NCBI RefSeq assembly: GCF_006345805.1
Contig: NC_043012.1
Coordinates: 39,494,001 to 39,558,000 of the forward strand
DNA from: Octopus sinensis
Taxonomy: Eukaryota
DNA length: 64,000 bases
Direction of reading: 5' to 3'
A program made the translations under genes and the position numbers. Shown piece by piece: positions 55,005 to 64,000 of this stretch; the first letter of the stretch is position 1, and every line of letters begins with the position of its first letter. The notes below the pieces were generated by a model. The model saw only the letters and a list, made by a program, of their open reading frames with translations. It was not told where the DNA came from and did no database searches.

Positions 55005-55558
55005 ACAAGACCAACAGTTTTGAGAAGAGGGTTTTAGACGATGCAATCAGGCCCAGTATGTAACTGGCACTTTAATTTATCGTCCCCGAAAAAATTCCGA
55101 CAAAGCTTACCTCGGTGGGCTTTCAAACCACTTGCGTTGAGAGCCGGAAACAAATATCGCCAGGCATTTTGTATGACAGTGTAACGATTTTACCTGCTCA
55201 CTACCTAAATAATAATGATCCGTTCTAGTGGAAGCACAAAGCCTCAAATCTGGGGGAAAGGTTTAAGTCGGGATTACATCAACCCCAGAACACAAATGAT
55301 ACTTAATTTATCGACTCCGAAAGGATGAAAGGCAAAGTCGACCTCGGCGGAATTTGAACGCAGAAAGCAGCGGAGATGAAATACCTATTTCTTTACTTCC
55401 CACAATGGGCTACACACTGAGGGGACACACAAGGACAGACAAAGGGATTAAGTCGATTACATCGACCCCAGTGCGTAACTGGTACTTATTTAATCGACCC
55501 CGAAAGGACGAAATGCTGTTAAGCATTCTGTTCGCCGTCCTAACGAATCTGCCAGCGG
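55005..55558 (-). mobile_element. Cluster of SINE family B copies, including a dimer
   Basis: Conserved bodies at 55005-55200 and 55221-55558. Confidence 0.75.
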
Positions 55559-56454
55559 CTCTCAAAGTTTCTGATCTTAACTGACTGGAAGTGTTAACGT
55601 GTACATGTTTTCACTTGGTGTAAAAGATGGGCTACAGCAAATATTTTTCTCAATACCACATATATGCTTGTCAGTTGTTTCACATTAAGCAATTGAGCAT
55701 ACTCCTTAGTGGCTGACAATAGGTGCATCTTCGATGTCGATCAGCAGTAGCCTTATGTTGGGAGGGGAATCTTTGTGATTTGAATAATTCATCGATGGAA
55801 ACATAGGCGTTTCGTTCATCATCCTTAAACAAACCATATTCAGGGATTTTTTTTTTAGCAAGATAAAAAATTTACACGACCTTAAATTCTAACTGGACAC
55901 CACCTGCAAAGTGAAACGCTATTTATCTTGATGTGAGATCACCATGTTGCGCATATATGCTTGTGATGCATGTGCCTGGTGTACCCTTATCAGACGGGTA
56001 TTATATTGGGTTTCGTATATTTGTACTCCAGGGTCATTTTGATGGCTTGTGAGTGCTCTCTCTCGAATTAAGTAGTAATCCTTAATCAAGAGGAAAAAAG
56101 AGAGAACACAAAAATCTAATTAACCCATTGATTTTTAGTCCTCAAAATTTAATCAGTCATTAGTTAACTGCATTTGACCATCTAGTCTGATGTCACCAAT
56201 GTCTAGTGGTAAAGACACTTGTCAGTCCTCAACACTGAAATCCTTAAATGGATTAATTGATAGTAACCATAATGGAAAAAAGTGTTTCAACCAGTGATGT
56301 AGCTTCACCAAAAGTAAATATTGATGATTAGCTACAAATAGAGAATTCAGAATCCTTAGCTACACCTGCTGTACCTGTTGATGTTACATGTCAGGCTGCA
56401 AGGTGTCGCCCTGTAAAAAGTTACAGAAAAAGGAATAATAATAATAATCCTTTT

Positions 56455-57045
56455 TACTAGAGGCACAAGGTTTGGAATGTTACATCGATCCCATTTGCTG
56501 GTACTTAATTTATCGACCTCGAAAGGCTGAAAAGCAAACATGACGTCGGTGTTATGTGAACACAGAATGTAAAGACACAAAATGTCGCAAAGCGTATTGC
56601 GATTCTGCCAGCTTGCCGTCTTAATAGTAATAATAATAATAATCCTTTCCTACTAAAGGAAGAAGGCCTGAAATTTGGGGTTGAGCGGACTTGTCGGTTA
56701 TATCGACCCCGGTATGTAACTGGTTCTTAATTTATCGACCCTGAAATGATGAAAGGCAAAGTAGACCTCGGTGGAATTTGAAATATGCTAACGATTTTGC
56801 CAGCACACTGCCTTAATAATAATAATAATAATAATAGTAATTATTAGAATAATAATTTCAAATATTGGCTCAAGGCCATCATTTTCAGGAAAGGGGCCAA
56901 GTCGAATACATCAACCCCAGTGCTCAATTAGTACTTAGTTTATCGTCTCCGAAAGGATGAAGGAAGTGTCGATCTCGGCATAGAGATGGATGAAATACTA
57001 CTAAGCATTTAGTTCGGCATGCTAACGATTCTGACAGCACGCTTC
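56455..57045 (-). mobile_element. Three head-to-tail degenerate SINE family B copies
   Basis: Bodies at ~56455-56622, 56650-56815 and 56845-57045, separated by (AAT)n. Confidence 0.7.
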
Positions 57046-57349
57046 TATCTATTCTAATGGTTCGGGAGTTAGACACACGACCTGAGGGTCATTTGTGTCG
57101 ATTCTAAGAGCAGGGGGGGGGGACTTGCGTTTTCTGGGCAAAGAACTATTGAACTCTCTCCTTATCTTCCTCTCTCTCCCCCTTTCTCTCTCCCTCTCTT
57201 TCCCTCAGCTCTCTCCAGCTGTCACATCTTCGATGTTCCGTGGGGCCGATCGTGATAGAGCCGTGAGCACATCTGTGTTTTCTTTTTTCTTCTCACGACG
57301 GAGCAAGCACCTAAAACAAGTACCGAAACTATGATACGAGCTATTAAGT

Positions 57350-57707
57350 CGTACTCGCTTGCCAGTGACGTCTGTGCCGTATTTGGCTTTGTGATAAAAT
57401 GTTTGCTTCCTAAGTACATGGTTCTAGGTTCAGTCCCTTAGCGTGGCACCTTCGACAAGTTTCATCTACTATAACCATGCACCCACCAAATCCTAATGAA
57501 TGGATTTGGTCGGTGGAAACTGATAGAAGCGCGCCCATACATTTAAATATATGTCTGTGTATGTATCTGTCCACCACCACCGTTTGAAATCTGGTGTTGG
57601 TCTGTAAACGTCCACATAACTTAACATTTCGATAAAAGATAAGCATAGAAAATGAACTAGGGTTTAAAAAACCCATAAGTGCTGGGGTCAATTTGTTCGT
57701 CTAAATT
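57350..57707 (+). mobile_element. Degenerate SINE family A
   Basis: GGTTCAGTCCC...GGCACCTT...GGATTTGGT...GGAAACTGA; tail remnant near 58000. Confidence 0.55.
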
Positions 57708-57944
57708 AGTGGTTCCCCAATATTTTCAGGTTGCCTCCTCCTTGGCTTAGGCCATTTTCTACAACAGGTTCAAAACAACATTATTTCACAAATAAAACTT
57801 AATCTGATTAACCAGTTATTTGGGGGTTTTGTTGCAACCATCGCTCCCTTTTGGCCACCCCATTATCACCGCACTTTTCTTCAACGCACCCCTGAGTCTT
57901 TCCACTCTCCCAGGGTGCAGTACTTCTCACTTTGGAGACTACTG
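57708..57944. mobile_element. Possible hAT-type MITE
   Basis: Ends TAGTGGTTCCCCAA ... TTGGAGACTACTG form an imperfect TIR; no clean 8-bp TSD. Confidence 0.4.
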
Positions 57945-58597
57945 CTCTTAAAGTTTAGACATGACCTTCAAACCTTAGAATCTAAACGCTTCAAGTCGAT
58001 GCCCCATTATGGCCGCAATCTAAAAACTGAAATGTGTAAAAATACACGATAAACACACACGGAGCTACACGCGCGCGCCCATGTGTGTGTGTGTTATTAT
58101 ATTCAAGATTTAAAGAACAGAGCTTTTATATGGCCACTAAGCATGCTAGAAATAGCGGCCCAAATTCTCGTCAAAATCAGACAGAGGATTCTTTGGAAAA
58201 CATGTTTCTGGCGAGAACACCTTTGATCCTCCATTTGTTTCTTCGATCCTCCCAGCCAATCCACCCCACCACCACCACCATCACCCTTTTCCCCACATTT
58301 GCACCCTTTACTACGTCTTGTTACCCCACCCTTTCCCCCACCACTTTTCCAATATTTCATTCATCAATCATCTCGGCTGTCAAGCACTTTGCTCACCAAT
58401 CTACACACTGTGTAATGTCTTCTAGTGTGAAAAGACACACACGCACATACACACATCGCACACACACACACACACACACAAATATATATGTATATATATT
58501 TATATTTGTTCATACACACCATGTAATGTGTTTATACGTGTAGATACACGTGCACACAAACACAATATCCTTTTATTTCTCTTTCTTGCTCTTTATT

Positions 58598-58636
<39 letters not shown>

Positions 58637-58930
58637 CGTATCATTCATAAACTTGCACCGATACAGTAGCAGCACCATCAGCAACAACAGTCGACGCACC
58701 ATCACCAGCAGCAACAGCAGATGCAGCGCCAGCAATCACGATGCAGTTACCGTAATAGTTGCATCAACAGCAGCAGCAGCGACGGCAGATGCACAACAAC
58801 GGATACAGCAGCAACAACTTCATTTGAGGAGACTTCTATGTAGTTTCGCCATCTACTACAAATAACAGTCAAATATCCCTCAAATCAAACCGTGAAAAAC
58901 ACGGTTACACACTGGACCACTTAGCACGAT

Positions 58931-59000
<70 letters not shown>

Positions 59001-59635
59001 GATGATCGGGGTGAAGATTTCGTGAGTCCAGGACTGACAAGCCCTAGGCTAAGCGACAACAAAAACTGCTGACGAAAAGTAGATGTTGTTGTTGTTCTGA
59101 TGCCAGCAACTTCACTGAACGACAACAACAACAAGAATCGAAACTACTACAACATGATGATAGTGATGATGATGATGGTTTGTGGTGGTAGCGATGGTGG
59201 TTGTGGTGGTGGTGGTGGTGGTGGTGAGAGTGAAGACAATTGCAGCGATGATTTTGTTGTTGTTGATGTTGTTATAGTGTCTTTAAAAATACGATACGAC
59301 GTCTGTTTGTCTGTGTGCGCGCGCATGTAACATGTTTCGGAATGTGCGTGCGTGCGTGCCTGTGTGTTTCTCTATGTAGGTCTGTATATGTATGTGTATA
59401 TATGTGTCAGTGAAGCAAACGTGTGTGTGTGTGTTTGTGTGTGTGAATATGTCTGCATGCGTGTGTGTATGTGTATTTTCTTTTACCTTTGACGAACTGT
59501 ATGTGATACTACCACCACTACTATTACTACTACTGTTCTTACAACGTGTTGTTGTTGTTGTTGTTGTTGAATACAAGCGACAGTTTGTGGCGGCTACGAA
59601 GTTTTTGATGAGCAAAATGGAGTAAACAGTATCCG

Positions 59636-59899
59636 TAAGTAATCACCCGACTATCGCGGGTTCCACGTTCCAAACACCACAGACACACACACACGCCCAC
59701 ACGCGCGCGCGCGATAGGTGATAAGTAGAAACAGTGCAGTACTGTACTTTTTAAAAATTATATTTATAATTTGTATATAATCATTTGATCATGAATGCAA
59801 AACAACACCATGGAGGAATCGACATAATGAACCGCGATAGGTGAACCGCGATAGGTGAACCGCGATAGGTGAACAGCGATATGGCGAGGGATTAGTGTA
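59636..59899. mobile_element. Tigger/pogo-like MITE with an internal 14-bp tandem (TGAACCGCGATAGG x3.8, 59828-59881)
   Basis: AGTAATCACCCGACTATCGCG ... GCGATATGGCGAGGGATTAGTGTA imperfect TIRs. Confidence 0.6.
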
Positions 59900-60809
59900 G
59901 AGGATTGAGGGGTAAAACATGGGTGTAGAGGAATAACACACACACGGACGCACACACACACACATACGGACGCATGCGCAGACAATGTAACTCTCACGCA
60001 GTGCAACTCACACACTCACAATAACGCACACACGGACACAGATACATACGGACACACACACAGAGTATATCTCACACATACACACGCGATGTAACTCACA
60101 TAGATGTAACTCACACGCACGCAGTGCAACTCACATATACAGAATAACATACACACACACACATACAAAAGCGCGCGAATACAGACCCATGCACAGAGAG
60201 CGTAAAGCTCACACACATACACATGCGGAGCAAGTCACACGTACGCAGTGTAACTCACATAGAATCACACACACACAGTAATAGGGGAACACTCACACAC
60301 GCACTGAGTAACATACACGCGCACAGTAATACACGCATGTACGGAATAACACACATATGCACGAGCACAGAGTAATACACACGCGCGCGCGCAGAGTAAC
60401 ATACAGACACACACACACGCAGAGTAACACACACATACACAGTAACACTCTTAATATAACACACGATCACACACACATACACGGAATGACATACACACAT
60501 AGTAACACACTGGAACACCGTTAACGTTAGACTACAACATACATCGTAGTCACAATATCGACGCATAGTATGATAGAGTGTATATAGAACTTAGCGAAGC
60601 CAAACTTTATCCCAAATGTTATTTTGCTTCTAAGAAGGTTGGCATTAAGCATTAGATTTTGCTCCTATGTCTAGCAGATTCGTCCAGGTGCTGCCCTCTA
60701 CTTAATTTCATAAAGATGATGAGAGTTATGAAATGACTTGTTGCGAAATGTATCGAAGCCAGCGGCGTTAAACTGGCGACAGAAATTACTAGAAAATATT
60801 AAGACAAAG

Positions 60810-60871
<62 letters not shown>

Positions 60872-61763
60872 CGTGCGTGTGTTTGTCGTCCTGATCTCCC
60901 TATATGGTTCTGCTTAATTTTTGTATAATTCTTGCTTTTCTGACTTTATTATTATAGCTATTTATTATATCTCACCCAATTTACTTCGTGTAAAATTTCT
61001 ACCTTTGGCTTGTGTGTGGTTCACTTTGCATTTCGTCTTTGCACTCTCTCCCAAATCTTGGCCCTTGTAGTCAGCGAAATGCTCGGGAAACATCTGAATG
61101 AAGTGGAACCCTTCTATAGAGATTTTGGTGGGAAATTTTAATGCAAACCAGACAAAGATTTTGTTGATGCATAGTATGGCCATAGTACTGGATGGATGAC
61201 CAGAATAGATGGACGTAAGAATGTAGACTTCAATGGGTTTGGCTTCATGAACACTGAAGAAGGGAGGGCGCTGGAAAAGAGAGACTTAGAGCATTGGAGA
61301 GAAAGTTAGTTGCTATCTTCACATTTCATCGCGCCTGCACACGCGCAAATATATTTTCGTATTCACCCAGGCTTATATATATGTATATAATAATATACTA
61401 TTAATATATATATATATATATGCAATTAAGGACAACTACTTAATAAGGAAAACTTAACAAGAAATTGTCAGGTAGATAGCGTAAAAACCTCATAAGAGAA
61501 AAAATTTCGAAAATAATTAGTTCTTATTGAACATATTAATTTATATATAGAGGGCATAATTATACATACATGCCAGGAGGCATATATATACTTGCCAAAC
61601 GCTAAGAGGGACAATCAGTCATTTCTACAAAAATATTACTAATCCCCAAGAATGCCATTCACCCGGATGTAATATATATAAACTCAACCATGTGCTTCGT
61701 TGATGTGATCAGTTAGCTGTCGGCTTAAGCGAGGCAGGGTCGGTGTTTATTTATAATACATTC

Positions 61764-61810
61764 AGGCTGCTGATGATTACGTAAGTATGAAATCACTGTG
61801 ATACAGGCCT
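61764..61810 (+). ncRNA. Type I HHR, copy 1
   Basis: As copy 2 but stem I lacks one C. Confidence 0.75.
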
Positions 61811-62241
61811 ATATTTTTAAATGTCTTACTTTGAAAAATTGCATTCGGGGGATTAGTAATATTTTTGGTAGAAATGACTGATTGTCCCTCTTAGCGTTTG
61901 GCAAGTATATATAATGCCTCCTGGCATGTATGTATAATTATGCCCTCTATATATAAATTAATATGTTCAATAAGAAATAATTATTTTCGAAATTTTTTCT
62001 CTATGAGGTTTTTACGCTATCTACCTGACAATTTCTTGTTAAGTTTTCCTTATTAAGTAGTTGTCCTTAATTGCAAAATTTTTATTCCGAAAAAACTTTT
62101 CCTCTCCCGAAATGCAATTGTGTAAATGTCTGCCATTCACCCGGATGTAATATATATAAACTCACTGTTGCTTCGTTGATGTTGATCAGTTAGCTGTTCG
62201 GCTTAAGCGAGGCAGGGTCGTTGTTTATTTATAATACATTC

Positions 62242-62289
62242 AGGCCTGCTGATGATTACGTAAGTATGAAATCACTGTGATACAGGCCT
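62242..62289 (+). ncRNA. Type I HHR, copy 2
   Basis: AGGCCTG-CTGATGA-T-TAC(GTAA)GTA-T-GAA-ATCACtGTGAT-A-CAGGCCT; 7-bp stem I; cleavage after 62282. Confidence 0.85.
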
Positions 62290-62716
62290 ATATTTTTAAA
62301 TGTCTTACTTTGAAAAATTGCATTCGGTGGGATTAGTAATATTTTGTGGTAGAAATGACTGATTGTCCCTCTTAGCGTTTGGCAAGTATATATAATGCCT
62401 CCTGGCATGTATGTATAATTATGCACTCTATATATAAATTAATATGTTCAATAAGAAATAATTATTTTCGAAATTTTTTCTCTTATGAGGTTTTTACGCT
62501 ATCTACCTGACAATTCTGTTAAGTTTTCCTTATTAAGTAGTTGTCTTAATTGCAAAATTTTTATTCCGAAAAAACTTTTCCTCTCCCGAAATGCAATTTT
62601 GTAAAAGTCTGCCATTCACCCGGATGTAATATATAAACTCACCCATGTGCTTCGTTGATGTTGATCAGTTAGCTGTTCGGTAAGCGAGCAGGGTCGTTGT
62701 TTATTTATAAACATTC

Positions 62717-62764
62717 AGGCCTGCTGATGATTACGTAAGTATGAAATCACTGTGATACAGGCCT
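62717..62764 (+). ncRNA. Type I HHR, copy 3
   Basis: Identical to copy 2; cleavage after 62757. Confidence 0.85.
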
Positions 62765-62907
62765 TATTTTTAATGTCTTACTTTGAAAAATTGCATTCGG
62801 TGGGATTAGTAATATTTTTGGTAGAAATGACTGATTGTCCCTCTTAGCGTTTGGCAAGTATATATAATGCCTCCTGGCATGTATGTATAATTATGCCCTC
62901 TATATAT

Positions 62908-62972
<65 letters not shown>

Positions 62973-62973
62973 A

Positions 62974-63060
<87 letters not shown>

Positions 63061-63418
63061 TATATGTATATATATATGCACACAGGTACAGGCGAATAAC
63101 GACAGGCTGCGGAACAAAGTTTATTAATCGAGGTACCCCTTGTGAAAAGTCATCTGACGAGACACAGCCCGACCGAAGGATGCACAATAACCAGTTGTAT
63201 AGCATCTCACTCGCCAGGAGTCGATACAAGATGGGTCGAGACGATCGTTGTGATTGGTAAGGAATCTCGGGAATTCCATTTTCTATTTCTCCCATTTCTT
63301 ACAAATAGCTTCAAAGTTCCTATTTTATTACGCCGGCAACAACCTATTGATGCCAACTGGCCATAGCAATCCTTTTGACGGTTGCACCGAGCTGTGCAGC
63401 TATAATGTAGGATAAATG

Positions 63419-63455
<37 letters not shown>

Positions 63456-63519
63456 GAAGAAGAAGAAGAAGAAGAAGAAGAAGAAGAAGAAGAAGAAGAA
63501 GAACGATTTCAAATTTTGC

Positions 63520-63921
63520 CACAAGGGCAGCAATTGTGGGGGAGGTGAGGATTAGTCGATTACATCGAACCCTAGTTTTCAACCTGTACTTATTTTATCG
63601 ACTCCGACAGGAAGAAAGGTAAAGTCGACCTCGGCGGATTTTGAACTCGTTCGAAATACCGCTAAGCATTTCGTCCAGAGCGCTAACGATTCTGCCAGAT
63701 CGCCGCCATAAATATTAATAATAATCTTTTCTAGTATAGGCACAAGGCGTTAAATTTGGGGGCAAGGGGCAAGTCGATTAGATCGATCCCAGTACGCAAA
63801 TGGTACTTAATTTTTCGACCCCGAAAGGATGAAAGATAAAGTCGACGGAATTTGAACCCAGGACGTAGCGGTAGACGAAATACACAAAGCATTTCGCCCG
63901 ACATGCTAAAGTTTCTGCCAG
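63520..63921 (-). mobile_element. Two tandem SINE family B copies
   Basis: Bodies at ~63520-63708 and 63731-63921. Confidence 0.75.
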
Positions 63922-64000
63922 AATAAGCTGTGGGTGGAATTCACAAATATTTTAATTCGTGGATTATTATTATTACTATACACACACACACACACACACA

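Larger units (their letters stand above)
61421..62910 (+). repeat. HHR tandem array (~478-bp unit x2.6) with a 5' inverted partial copy
   Basis: Unit starts at 61653, 62131 and 62610; 61421-61655 is the reverse complement of 61841-62075; flanked by (TA)n. Confidence 0.92.

Noticed and set aside
61653-62910. CRISPR-like or prokaryotic repeat array
   Set aside because: Whole units are repeated with no unique spacers, there are no cas genes, and the context is eukaryotic.
63150-63185. CTGACGA...CGAA resembling an HHR core
   Set aside because: No stem II, A15.1 is absent and there is no helix III.

Overview
This is AT-rich eukaryotic DNA dominated by microsatellites and transposable elements. 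The tRNA-derived SINE families and repeat style suggest an octopus genome (inference from pattern recognition, no search run). I can support no host protein-coding gene, and most ORFs in the track are translated microsatellites. Recognisable elements are several tRNA-SINE families, degraded CR1/L2-like and L1/Tx1-like LINE fragments, mariner and Tc1 remnants, Tigger-, hAT- and Helitron/Helentron-like non-autonomous elements, and Penelope-like (PLE) fragments. The main signal is about 12 type I hammerhead ribozyme (HHR) motifs from about 8 unrelated repeat contexts, about 7 with an intact catalytic core. One is a ~478-bp tandem array with an inverted 5' copy and three HHRs (61.4-62.9 kb). Another is a ~364-bp HHR repeat carrying an ORF1-only, CCHC zinc-knuckle retroelement inserted with a 17-bp target-site duplication (25.2-27.7 kb). 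All folding was done by eye.
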